This document shows positions 23,313 to 35,948 of a stretch of 64,000 nucleotides of DNA, piece after piece (the stretch's first letter is position 1; every line of letters starts with the position of its first letter). The translations under genes were made by a program, and so were the position numbers. This DNA is from Macrostomum lignano. Its lineage: Eukaryota. The DNA is taken from assembly GCA_002269645.1 (NCBI GenBank), contig NIVC01003858.1, positions 1 to 64,000 on the forward strand, in the 5' to 3' direction. The notes beneath the pieces were generated by a model. That model searched no databases, was not told where the DNA came from, and saw only the letters and a list, made by a program, of their open reading frames with translations.

Positions 23313-23417
23313 GTGTCTGTCTGTCTGTCTATCTGTCTGTGTGTCTGTCTGTGTGTCTGTCTGTCTGTCTATCTGTCTGTCTGTGTGTCTGTCTGTCTGT
23401 CTGTGTGTCTGTCTGTG

Positions 23418-23452
<35 letters not shown>

Positions 23453-23457
23453 ACGTG

Positions 23458-23520
<63 letters not shown>

Positions 23521-23581
23521 ACGTGTGTCTGTCTGTCTGTCTGTCTGTGTGTGTGTCTGTCTGTGTGTCTGTCTGTCTTTG

Positions 23582-23612
<31 letters not shown>

Positions 23613-23641
23613 GTGTCTGTCTGTGTGTCTGTCTGTCTTTG

Positions 23642-23736
<95 letters not shown>

Positions 23737-23741
23737 ACGTG

Positions 23742-23792
<51 letters not shown>

Positions 23793-23897
23793 GTGTCTGT
23801 CTGTCTGTCTATCTGTCTGTGTGTCTGTCTGTGTGTCTGTCTGTCTGTCTATCTGTCTGTCTGTGTGTCTGTCTGTCTGTCTGTGTGTCTGTCTGTG

Positions 23898-23932
<35 letters not shown>

Positions 23933-23937
23933 ACGTG

Positions 23938-23968
<31 letters not shown>

Positions 23969-23973
23969 ACGTG

Positions 23974-24006
<33 letters not shown>

Positions 24007-24018
24007 GCCTGTCTGTCA
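22845..24018. repeat. (TGTC)n microsatellite, ~1.17 kb, with a 480-bp internal duplication
   Basis: The variant pattern at 23041 recurs at 23521. Confidence 0.97.
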
Positions 24019-24654
24019 GACAGTTTGTATGCTTGTATATACTTACCAGTGTCACTTGATTCATGTAGAATTGCAAGAACACATCATTACCAGCACTAAC
24101 AAGTGCAGCTTTTAAGTAAATAACAACAAAAATTTGTAGAATTGTTTGCTTGGTAACATTCATGCTGCAATTTTTTAACTGTTGGAGTAGTCGGTATGTA
24201 AGGATAGTATTCAGAGCTTGCTCAATATACTTCGTATATAAATGTGGATTAGCTGGAGAGAAAATGTTTTTACCTGTATCTTCAGACCAATCACACACAC
24301 ACCTGCGATTGGACTAATCAAGGGACCGCAGTCCTTCTTTTTGTAATGAATAATTTAACAAAACCTGCATTAGGCATTCAATCTGGTGAGATCTGATAGA
24401 TGGCTAAGAATTACCTTTACTTGAATGGGTTGCCCATAGCAACGGAATCTCCCTGGCAACGACCAGTGGTATCCATTGGTATCGTTTGAGTGAAAATATC
24501 ACTTCATTACTTGTTTATGAGAGAACAGAAAAGCTTTATTTTATAGTGTCTTTTACGAGCGTAATTTAGCAAACCAAGGCTGACCCCTGAGCATGCACAA
24601 TGTTACGTCCGCGGGCATATGTTCACATGCGGTGTACGGTACACGTCATTGTAA

Positions 24655-24810
24655 AACGCTTGGGGGGATTGCTGAGATGTCAAGGCTTGGGGGAATTGCT
24701 GAGATGTCAACGCTTAGAGGGTGGGGGATTGCTGAGATGTCAGGCTAACGGGGTGAATTGCTGAGATGTCAGGGCTTACGGGGGAATTGCTCATTTGGCT
24801 GAGAGGTCAG
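24655..24810. repeat. Short array of GGGGAATTGCTGAGATGTCAAGGCTT units (same family as 46245-46742)
   Basis: Direct reading. Confidence 0.85.
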
Positions 24811-25861
24811 AAGCTACCAGTACATATGTAGTTTAATAAAAAACGTTTACTCCATTCTTTATTGCATCCCCAACAATGGGGCGCAGATTTCTACGAGTGG
24901 TTCACATGTAATATTTTCTGGCTAATGAAAGCAAGTCCTAATTTTATTGGCTGTTTAAATTTGTATAAATTCTAGATAAACAGAACTTTCTTTTTTAACT
25001 TTAAAAATTAAATTCTCAATGAAATTTCTGTATTTGAACTCGTATTCGTAGCGATCGTTAGTTGTTTGTCTATCAACTTGCCAGACTATACTAGTAGTAC
25101 AGTAGCATTGTAAAATTGTTCATCATGCATTTCTGTGACCGTGTCTGAAAAGTACTGCGTATATTTAATTAGGATTTTTCATTTGTTGACCATGGGCGCA
25201 CAACGATAATACGAAGCGGCGGTCCGCTGGAGGTTGATCAGTTCGGGCGTGGAACACGAAATGTGACTGGCTAGATTGTCCAATATTCAATTGCTTTCAA
25301 CTTGATCGATCAGCTGCTGTCCTGCGCTGCAGCGATGGGTGCCGGAGAAGGATCAATCTTGTAATTAAATAATTAGAAAACACTGTTTTAAACATCACGC
25401 TGCTGTATCTTTGCGACTTCACCAAGTCGACCATTATTTGCTTTGTGTGAAGCTTTGTGTGCTAATTGTTCAAATGACATTTGAATTTGGAAAATCCTGA
25501 CGGGACAACAAAAATGTTATGAAGGCAGCAGAGAAATTCAGTTCTATTGCCAATCTCTGAGCTGCGTTTCCGACATGCATGTACAGGTGCTGTAAATGTA
25601 GGGTTCAAATTGTCATTAGGCGCAGTTTTATGTAGATATTGCTTCACCGACAGGCGACAGCAGTGATTATATAAGCTATATGAATTTCTTTTATTTGTCT
25701 AGTCTGACTGATTACTGCTGCTGCTGAGTATTGGAAATATCGATGACGTTAACCGGCTATAGTAAAAGGCCACAAGATACATGTTTCAACAAAATCAATA
25801 TTTACTATATACTATACACGTACTTATGTCTTATTCTGAGCATCCTAAGTAGTGATGATGC

Positions 25862-28800
25862 AACAAACAAGCTAAGCTACATGTATATATATTTATTTAA
25901 CAACCTGCAGGCTGCATGGCAGCCAATTGATATGGTGCAAGCTATAGAAATTGAATAGATTAATCGAGTAGTAGATAAGTACGAGAATAGAAGGACTGCA
26001 GCTGCAGATTGTAATGCATTGATGCACGAGTGGCCTTGGCTGACCTTAACAAAATGGACTTAAAATTAAAATAATACCAAAACTTACACATTTATTAAAA
26101 CAAAAATAAACAGTGTAAAGCAAGGTTTTTGCACTCGCATAAAATTAAACTTCTTTATTACAAGCTGTATAAAAATTAATCAAGTTAAGATGAACTATAG
26201 ATAACTATTTGCGAAGGATGTGCTGAGTTGTAAAGATAATAAAATTTAAATAGACATGCACTTATTAGTAGTTAACTTGCAGAAGAAAACGAGAAGCTCC
26301 CTCTGCCCCTCTGGTGCAGACTAGCCACACGGCATAGCCATAGGGCTAGGCTTATACGAAAAAGTAGTAACTAATTAAGTAATTCATTAATTTATTCAAG
26401 CAAGCTAATAATGCTAGGGGCTTAGGGCTAAGCGTTAGGGCCACTAAGCCCTAGGCCTAGGCCGCCTAGGCTAGCCTACCTAGGGGCAGGGCTAAGGCAT
26501 ATTCTATTGACTCTAATTTATACTTAATACTTCATCTCATAATAATTAATTAGTAACTCAAATAAGGTGTGAGCCTCAACCAATCAACTTATTATTATAG
26601 ACCCATCCAAGGCCCCACGGGCAGAGTAGCTTGACTGTAAAAACAGTGTAAAAGTGTTTGCCATTTGACTCTTGCACCACGATGTCGACCCTGGCGGCCT
26701 GGCCCTGGTTTGATTCTGGGTGCTTACATTAAAATGAATTGATTTTGGGGCTTCATGTAGAAAAAATTGGTCTAGGTGGCTAGGTTTCTAAGATTCGACC
26801 CACCCCATGAGAGCCAACCCCACAGAGTGATTTCAATGGACTAGGTGACTTGCACAGCTTGCAGGTGCATCCTATGCCCTAATCTTGCCTGCATCCTTTT
26901 CCCCAACCCAACCAACTGCCAGTAGACCTAATAGGCCAGGTCTAAAACAGTGAATATTCTTGACATTTTACCATGAGAAAGTTTTGAATTTCTATAGCCA
27001 TAGGGCCTATAATTTATGTCACATCATATATAATTTATGTATATCACATGTAGGCCTATGTCATATATATTGTCTAGTCACTCTAGGCCTAGTGTAGGGT
27101 ATAGCCTCAATTATATTAGATTAACAATAGAACTTGCAGTTATACAAATAAATATTTTTGCTTTAAATGTAAAAAACTATATTTATAATCTATAATACTA
27201 TAAAACTAGGTACAATTATCATGGTATTATTATAACATAATATAGCATAGGCCCTAACTATAGCCCATAATGATAATGATATTATCATAATAATGATAGT
27301 CAATGAATAGCAAAAATGAAGAAATATAGTGCGGTATAACAAATTAGCTTTGTAGCCTAGCTTATAACAGTCATATTCTTAAATAAAATAAGTGTTAATA
27401 TAGCTAAGCATACAAAAGTCATTTAATGCTAAAGCTAAATAAATATTCTTAAATAAAAGATGACATGAGCCCATTAGGCCTTTAGTATATAATTGCCAAA
27501 ATATCTATTTATCTTGTGCAATTGTTACATTAAAAAAACTTGTTCTAATAGTCATAGTGCCCATTGTGTACTAAAAGTTTTTATCAAAAGGCCTAGGGCC
27601 TAGGCCTATACTTTGGATCATGTTGAGTGCATGCTAAAATCAAATGTAAGACGAAAAAGCTATTAGACTAGGCAAACTGGCAAAGCCAGAGACAGTATCA
27701 TGGTTTCATTGAATGTCCTTAAAGATATAGGATACCAAAAGTGTAGGATACTAAAGATTTAAAAATATATATAATATATATAATATAAAATGCATTCTAT
27801 TTTAAATAACAAGTAAGCAATATTTATAAGAATATATATTTAAATAAATAAGAGTAGGGCCTATTAAGAATATTTATAAGAGTATAAGAGTCAAAGTGAC
27901 TTTCTTTGGCCACTGGCACTAGAATTAAATATATTATGTATAATGATATGTTATATGTTACGTTATGTTATATTAAATAATGTTTTAAATGGGCTTTTTA
28001 GCCAGATTTAATTATGCACAGCAAAAAAACTTTACATCCAATTTTAATGATATGTGTATTGTATCTGTAGATAAATAAAGGTAAATATCAACATGAAGTA
28101 TTATTTGAGTTGCCGATGCATTTCGTCCATTTGCATTAGGACATCGTCAGGGTCTTTTTATTGAGAAACAATTTGAACGAATATTCAGTATATATAGATA
28201 GTTGAGAGTAACAAGAGTAGTTGAATTGAGTTTTTAATTGATGGTTTAAAACTTGTACATAGTAATCAATTATTAATTATTATTATTATCAATTATTATT
28301 ATTATTATCAATTATATCAATTATCAAAAAAGAAGCAAAAGAAACAAACAAGCTAAGCTACATGTATATATATTTATTTAACAACCTGCAGGCTGCATGG
28401 CAGCCAATTGATATGGTGCAAGCTATAGAAATTGAATAGATTAATCGAGTAGTAGATAAGTACGAGAATAGAAGGACTGCAGCTGCAGATTGTAATGCAT
28501 TGATGCACGAGTGGCCTTGGCTGACCTTAACAAAATGGACTTAAAATTAAAATAATACCAAAACTTACACATTTATTAAAACAAAAATAAACAGTGTAAA
28601 GCAAGGTTTTTGCACTCGCATAAAATTAAACTTCTTTATTACAAGCTGTATAAAAATTAATCAAGTTAAGATGAACTATAGATAACTATTTGCGAAGGAT
28701 GTGCTGAGTTGTAAAGATAATAAAATTTAAATAGACATGCACTTATTAGTAGTTAACTTGCAGAAGAAAACGAGAAGCTCCCTCTGCCCCTCTGGTGCAG

Positions 28801-30814
28801 ACTAGCCACACGGCATAGCCATAGGGCTAGGCTTATACGAAAAAGTAGTAACTAATTAAGTAATTCATTAATTTATTCAAGCAAGCTAATAATGCTAGGG
28901 GCTTAGGGCTAAGCGTTAGGGCCACTAAGCCCTAGGCCTAGGCCGCCTAGGCTAGCCTACCTAGGGGCAGGGCTAAGGCATATTCTATTGACTCTAATTT
29001 ATACTTAATACTTCATCTCATAATAATTAATTAGTAACTCAAATAAGGTGTGAGCCTCAACCAATCAACTTATTATTATAGACCCATCCAAGGCCCCACG
29101 GGCAGAGTAGCTTGACTGTAAAAACAGTGTAAAAGTGTTTGCCATTTGACTCTTGCACCACGATGTCGACCCTGGCGGCCTGGCCCTGGTTTGATTCTGG
29201 GTGCTTACATTAAAATGAATTGATTTTGGGGCTTCATGTAGAAAAAATTGGTCTAGGTGGCTAGGTTTCTAAGATTCGACCCACCCCATGAGAGCCAACC
29301 CCACAGAGTGATTTCAATGGACTAGGTGACTTGCACAGCTTGCAGGTGCATCCTATGCCCTAATCTTGCCTGCATCCTTTTCCCCAACCCAACCAACTGC
29401 CAGTAGACCTAATAGGCCAGGTCTAAAACAGTGAATATTCTTGACATTTTACCATGAGAAAGTTTTGAATTTCTATAGCCATAGGGCCTATAATTTATGT
29501 CACATCATATATAATTTATGTATATCACATGTAGGCCTATGTCATATATATTGTCTAGTCACTCTAGGCCTAGTGTAGGGTATAGCCTCAATTATATTAG
29601 ATTAACAATAGAACTTGCAGTTATACAAATAAATATTTTTGCTTTAAATGTAAAAAACTATATTTATAATCTATAATACTATAAAACTAGGTACAATTAT
29701 CATGGTATTATTATAACATAATATAGCATAGGCCCTAACTATAGCCCATAATGATAATGATATTATCATAATAATGATAGTCAATGAATAGCAAAAATGA
29801 AGAAATATAGTGCGGTATAACAAATTAGCTTTGTAGCCTAGCTTATAACAGTCATATTCTTAAATAAAATAAGTGTTAATATAGCTAAGCATACAAAAGT
29901 CATTTAATGCTAAAGCTAAATAAATATTCTTAAATAAAAGATGACATGAGCCCATTAGGCCTTTAGTATATAATTGCCAAAATATCTATTTATCTTGTGC
30001 AATTGTTACATTAAAAAAACTTGTTCTAATAGTCATAGTGCCCATTGTGTACTAAAAGTTTTTATCAAAAGGCCTAGGGCCTAGGCCTATACTTTGGATC
30101 ATGTTGAGTGCATGCTAAAATCAAATGTAAGACGAAAAAGCTATTAGACTAGGCAAACTGGCAAAGCCAGAGACAGTATCATGGTTTCATTGAATGTCCT
30201 TAAAGATATAGGATACCAAAAGTGTAGGATACTAAAGATTTAAAAATATATATAATATATATAATATAAAATGCATTCTATTTTAAATAACAAGTAAGCA
30301 ATATTTATAAGAATATATATTTAAATAAATAAGAGTAGGGCCTATTAAGAATATTTATAAGAGTATAAGAGTCAAAGTGACTTTCTTTGGCCACTGGCAC
30401 TAGAATTAAATATATTATGTATAATGATATGTTATATGTTACGTTATGTTATATTAAATAATGTTTTAAATGGGCTTTTTAGCCAGATTTAATTATGCAC
30501 AGCAAAAAAACTTTACATCCAATTTTAATGATATGTGTATTGTATCTGTAGATAAATAAAGGTAAATATCAACATGAAGTATTATTTGAGTTGCCGATGC
30601 ATTTCGTCCATTTGCATTAGGACATCGTCAGGGTCTTTTTATTGAGAAACAATTTGAACGAATATTCAGTATATATAGATAGTTGAGAGTAACAAGAGTA
30701 GTTGAATTGAGTTTTTAATTGATGGTTTAAAACTTGTACATAGTAATCAATTATTAATTATTATTATTATCAATTATTATTATTATTATCAATTATATCA
30801 ATTATCAAAAAAGA
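25862..30814. repeat. Direct tandem segmental duplication, period 2481 bp (25862-28333 and 28343-30814) with a 9-bp junction insert
   Basis: The two copies look identical by eye; junction insert AGCAAAAGA at 28334-28342. Confidence 0.95.
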
Positions 30815-30900
30815 CCCTGACGATGTCCTAATGCAAATGGACGAAATGCATCGGCAACTCAAATAATACTTCATGTTGATATTTACCTTTATTTATCTAC
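30548..30900. mobile_element. 353-bp element with 93-bp perfect inverted arms (30548-30640 / 30808-30900) carrying hammerhead motifs; Penelope-like pLTR/retrozyme remnant. A truncated copy lies at 28067-28333
   Basis: Arms are exact reverse complements. Spacer contains an (ATT)n tract. Flanked by TCT on both sides. Confidence 0.7.
30815..30854 (+). ncRNA. Candidate minimal type I hammerhead ribozyme (additional copies on the - strand at 30594-30633 and 28113-28152)
   Basis: CC-CUGACGA-U-GUCC[uaaugcaaau]GGAC-GAAA-UGCA-UC-GG: conserved core, 4-bp stem II, palindromic AUGCAU stem III, UC cleavage site. Stem I has only 2 Watson-Crick pairs. Confidence 0.68.
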
Positions 30901-31462
30901 TCTTCATCAAGCGAGCCACTTTACCTGATTTCTATTGTATCTGTATTTTAATGTTATATATATATATAATGATAGTGGCCTAAAAGAGAGTCACTTAGTT
31001 GATAATCTAGATTATTTTTTTATCTGATATTTTTAACCTAGTCCTAATCATTGGATTTTAAAAGCACATATGTTAGCATATTTATAGTTGCTTTTAGTAC
31101 CAATTTTATTACTCTTTCAATGATGAATATACTATATACTATATTTATAACCATAATTATTGAAATACAACAATTAACTTTTGTATAATAGACTAAGCTA
31201 GACCTAACTACTTTTACTAGTAGAGTTATAGCTTTAAACATGGCTCTGGAAAGGTATAGTGTAGAGGTTTTAAGACAAAACATTTAGATTCAAATATGGT
31301 TAAAGGAATGCATATTTTTTATCTAGTATTATTGGCCACTTAGTAATTAAGACTTGAAGACTTTAAAAGAACAGTAGGAATGGATGAATGTTGCCAGTTT
31401 CAAAGCATTTTGAAAGGACCATATGCACAATTTTGTAAATTGCAGCATTACTGCCAGGCACA

Positions 31463-34412
31463 ATGGCTGGTCGCCCACCCAACAGCGATGATGGCACAGT
31501 GTTCAAGCTTGTTGTAGTGGGAAATGGTGGCGTTGGGAAAAGCGCTTTGACAATTCAGTACTTCCAGAAGATGTTTGTGCAAGATTATGATCCCACGATT
31601 GAGGACTCTTATATCCAGTTTAAGATGATTGATAACGAATGGTACTTGCTTGATGTGCTTGATACAGCAGGTAAGTTCGCTCTGATTTTTTGAAATATCA
31701 ATAGTTTAGTTGATAGTTGGCAAAGGTCACTAAGTGTGCACTGAAAACGTTACTATGATAAAAATCGCTGAAGAGTCATCGCAAACAACTCACTAGTGAC
31801 CTCGATCTAGGAGTCTAGGGACTCTAGGCCGACTCCTGAAGCCTTTTGACGGCTCAAACGACTGCAATGCAACGGGTTGGCAACTGTTGAGTCATGGACA
31901 TGAGCGCATAACGTGAGTTGCAGAATCGTAAAAGGGTTGCTGCAGACGTCCTAAATTGACTTTTGACGACTTGTACCGTGACGTCTCTTCGTTTAGAGCC
32001 GTTAAAAGTCACTTCTTTCCTACGGTATTTTACCTGTGTTACCTGTAACGACTCTGAGGCGATGCAAGTGGCTCTGGGACGCTTCCTGGCCTAGATAGCT
32101 ACCGTTTTCATCGGGCAGTCATTGACTTGATTTGCTGCCACAGCACACGTACTTTTACAATAAAAAATTCAGGGTCACTGTACCAAATTTGCATACTTCG
32201 GGGTTAACTGTCACTTTGTGGTTGTACATGCTGGTCTAAATCTGTTCTAATCTGACATTGAACTCATTATTAATCTGTGATGACAACTTTGATGCCAAAA
32301 ACCTAGGATAATTAGCATTTATATCAACGATTTGCAATGACTTACCTCCAGGACAAGAGGAGTTCTCAGCCATGCGAGAGCAGTACATGCGCAAAGGCGA
32401 CGGCTTTCTGTTAGTCTATTCCGTTACTGATCGAAAAAGTTTCGAAGATATTCGACATTTTCATACGCAAATTTTGCGCGTTAAAGATCGCGATAATTAT
32501 CCAATGATTCTACTGGCTAACAAGGTGGATATCGTGCACCTGAGGCAGGTGTTTGAGGACGAGGGCAAAGCCCTGGCAAGTCAACTTAAAGTGAGTTCGT
32601 TAGATTAAATATTTCCTCATCTTAATTGAATCAGTCTGTGACTGACTGCGTGCCATAGAGAGAAGAGGGAGAGAGGCGAGATGAGAGAAGAGAGAGAAAA
32701 GGGGGAGAGGCGAGATGAGAGAAGAAAGAGGAAGGTGGGGGAGAGGCGAGATAAGAGAAGAAAGAGGAAGGTGGGGGAGAGGCGAGATGAGGGAAGAAAG
32801 AGGAAGGTGGGGGAGAGGCGAGATGAGGGAAGAAAGAGGAAGGTGGGGGAGAGGCGAGATGAGGGAAGAAAGAGGAAGGTGGGGGAGAGGCGAGATGAGG
32901 GAAGAAAGAGAAAGGGGGAGAGGCAAGATAAGAAAGGAAAGAGGAGGGGGTGAGAGACGAGTTGAGTGAGGAAAGGGGGAGAGGATAGGAGAGGCGAGAT
33001 AAGAGAGGAGGAGAAAGAGACAAGAGAGCTGAGAAGAAAAACATTGAGCGGGCGGGGTTGCTATTGTGATGTTTCCCGGACCCGAGGGCCGGATAGAGAG
33101 GCTTTGCGGGCCGCATGTGGCTTGCTGACCTCAAATTTTGACAGAAATAATAGTTAATAGAAGTAGCAGTAGTAATAGTTTACTGGCTCAGAAAAACTTT
33201 TCTGTTCTGCAAGCATAAGTTGATGTATTTGATAGTAGGAATTTTTTCATTTCAACTACGACTATATAGTCTGTCTAAACTGCAGTTTAACCTATCAAAT
33301 GTAATGAGCTAATATTGTTAAACTAATGTGCAAATTATGTTAGAATTTGGCTGCTTGAATTCACTTATCGCTGAGATCAAAGCTACTCGTAACAAATTGT
33401 TTGTGCAGAAGAAATGTTTATTATAAACTGTTGAGTGCTTTTTCGGCAGAAGCCACGCTTTTCTTGGCAAACCGGAAGTTGGCCCTACTAGCTTTTGCGA
33501 AAAGAAAACTTAGATACCTGCAATATAGAAGGATTGGTGCTTGGTCTTGGTGCTTCTTAGCTTTTAATAATCTAGTCAGGAAGGTGTAGTTCAGTTAACT
33601 GAATAACTGGGTTTCCGGCTGACCTGGCTTTCTTGCAACTACTGCATTTAATACAGATAACAGATGTCCTGTAGTGTTAATTATAGTGTTAACTTTTATT
33701 TGAAAATAATGTAAGTCATGTCGGAATAGGAGTGCTGAAATATTTCATACACCACAAAGAATTACCCATCAAGCTAATAAAAATTTCCTATCGAGGCCTT
33801 AACAAACGGCTATTAAACCTCAAAATCGCTCATCAAAGCCACTTAAAATCGCCGATAAAAGCCCCAAGAATCGCCCGTCAAAGCCCCAACAATCGTCCAT
33901 CAAAGCCCCAACAATCGCCCGTCAAAGTCCTAAGAATCGCCAATCAAAGCCCTAAGAATCGCCAATCAAAGTCTCAAAAATTACCCGTCAAAACCCCAAG
34001 AATCGCCAATCAAAGTCTCAAAAATTACCCGTCAAAACCCCAAGAATCGCCAATCAAAGTCTCAAAAATTACCCGTCAAAACCCCAAGAATCGCCAATCA
34101 AAGTCTCGAGAATTACCCGTCAAAACCCCAAGAATCGCCAATCAAAGTCTCGAGAATTACCCGTCAAAGCCCCGAGAATCGCCCGTCAAAGCTCCAACGA
34201 TCGATCATAAAAATCTCAAGAATCGGTTATCGAACCCCCGCCCTCAGATCCAGTACATCGAGACCAGCGCCAAAGATCCGCCATTCAATGTTGATGAAGC
34301 GTTCAACACAATTGTACGAATTGTTCGAAATCAGCCACGCGAGGCGGCACCGGCGAAAGAGAAAAAACGGCGCAGAGGCGCGGGGCGCAAACTCAAATGC
34401 GAGCTCATGTAA
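31463..34412 (+). CDS. MRAS: M-Ras (R-Ras3) GTPase, copy 1, 3 exons, 203 aa
   Basis: Exons 31463-31670, 32352-32590 and 34248-34412 (GT-AG; 612 nt). Motifs [46 protein letters not shown] (M-Ras diagnostic), polybasic tail and CaaX CELM. Confidence 0.95.
31740..32060 (+). mobile_element. Dispersed MITE-like repeat, copy 3 (shortened; MRAS copy 1 intron 1)
   Basis: Shares end blocks with 10330-10790. Confidence 0.65.
32645..33030. repeat. 36-bp purine-rich minisatellite (GGGGGAGAGGCGAGATGAGGGAAGAAAGAGGAAGGT)
   Basis: Direct reading; MRAS copy 1 intron 2. Confidence 0.92.
33800..34240. repeat. Degenerate ~22-bp minisatellite (AAGAATCGCC..TCAAAG..) at the 3' end of MRAS copy 1 intron 2
   Basis: Direct reading. 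Confidence 0.85.
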
Positions 34413-35948
34413 ATCTGGTTGCTAGGCAAAAATATGTGTAAATAAGCCAGTAAATTCACCAGCCTGACAATAACCCTTAATTAGCATTACATTGCGGCTT
34501 TTTGTTGTTTATTTACAGTGAAAAAAGACGTTAAAACCCTATTATTCTACTGCCTACCTTTTAGACAGCGTATCTAACTTTATTAATATTATTGTATTTG
34601 TTAATTTTGTCTAACCTTATTCAATGATATCTGGATAGGTAAATTTGAACTCGAATTTTTTTTAGTTTGTTTGATTTTTAAACTTTTATTTATTTTTGTG
34701 TAGCGTTAAGTGCGCTTTTTTGCCAGTTTATTTTAATCCCATGAATTTTATTAAACTATCTATTGTATTTTAACATGCTCATTTGGTCGCTTTTACCGTT
34801 TTTAGTGGTATTTGGAACTTTTTGGTGCCATAAAAATGCGTGTATTTTTTAACTAATAATGTCACGTAAATAATTTTCGAATTCTGTGTATACTACTTGA
34901 ACCTAGGATGGATATAAGTAGTATGCCAAGAATAATATCTACAAGAAATTGATTAGATTAGCAGCGCCGCCTACTAATATTGACTGCTAAAACTGATTGG
35001 CTTTTCAACCCTGCTTTCCATATTTAAATACCATTGTTTTTAAACGTAACAAGTTTTTTACGTTTGTTTCGTTTGTGTGTGGCTTCCTAAAATTGTCTTA
35101 GTGAATGAATTCAGCTCAATGTTTTCATAGAACAAGTGTTGGTTTTTAATTTAGCTTGTAGCATGGAACTAACGGGTAGCGATTTTATTGCTTGTTCCGT
35201 CTATGTGTTATATTCTTTGCGAGTATATGTGTTTTTAATGTTATTCTCCATGTTGGAATTTGCTCATGGTTATATAGACATCTATTCTGCCAATGTTCTT
35301 ATTTACTCATTAGTAGGCGGGAAGATTATTAAGCTTAAAACTGCAATGTTTAACAGAAGATCGTAAGCCATATTTGACTTCTGCGCAGCAAAGTGACTGT
35401 TTGACATTTATGTGCTCTAATGAAATGCACTAATTAAGGGTAGCAAACTTATTTGTTACAAATTCAGCTTTAAATATAAAAATTATAGATATCTAAATTT
35501 CGTCCAAGCTTTCTGTTGTTGTTGCTTTCTTGTTTATGATATTTGATAAATAAGTTGTAGGATGAATTTTTATTTAATATTCATATTAAGTAGGCTGGGA
35601 AGCGCGACCCCAGCTGGTCGCACCCATGAGAAGGCCCAGGCCCAAGGCACAGAGAGTGTACATGCCTGACGATTAGAAGTCACAAGGCCGCTGTACACCC
35701 TGTGTGAGCGTGTGAACGAGTGCCGTGCCTGCGTACAGTGTTGGCGCGCTTGTTGGCGTGTGGCGTGTTCAGGAGTCAGCCCTCAATCCTCGTGTGATGG
35801 TATATTTTAGAAGTGTAAGATATCCTTTAAAATCCCCTACAGTGTTCCTCATTCTTGGGTCTTTGTAGCATATGCATAGTTGTAGGCAAAACTGAGATAA
35901 TTTCTAAGAATATTCGTCTTCCAAATTGATGCATTACTGCCAGGCGCA

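Noticed and set aside
22845-24115. ~410-aa Cys-rich CLSV ORFs (also 45468-46045 and 49039-49652)
   Set aside because: (TGTC)n microsatellite translations.
25190-25350. Possible upstream exon of the minus-strand membrane protein, with an in-frame TGA (selenocysteine idea)
   Set aside because: Weak donor (GTCAAC), ambiguous acceptor and no SECIS identified; cannot be supported.
33732-34247. 226-aa ORF extending M-Ras exon 3 upstream
   Set aside because: Starts at a non-ATG codon, runs through a degenerate minisatellite, and a canonical acceptor at 34246-34247 gives a normal M-Ras.
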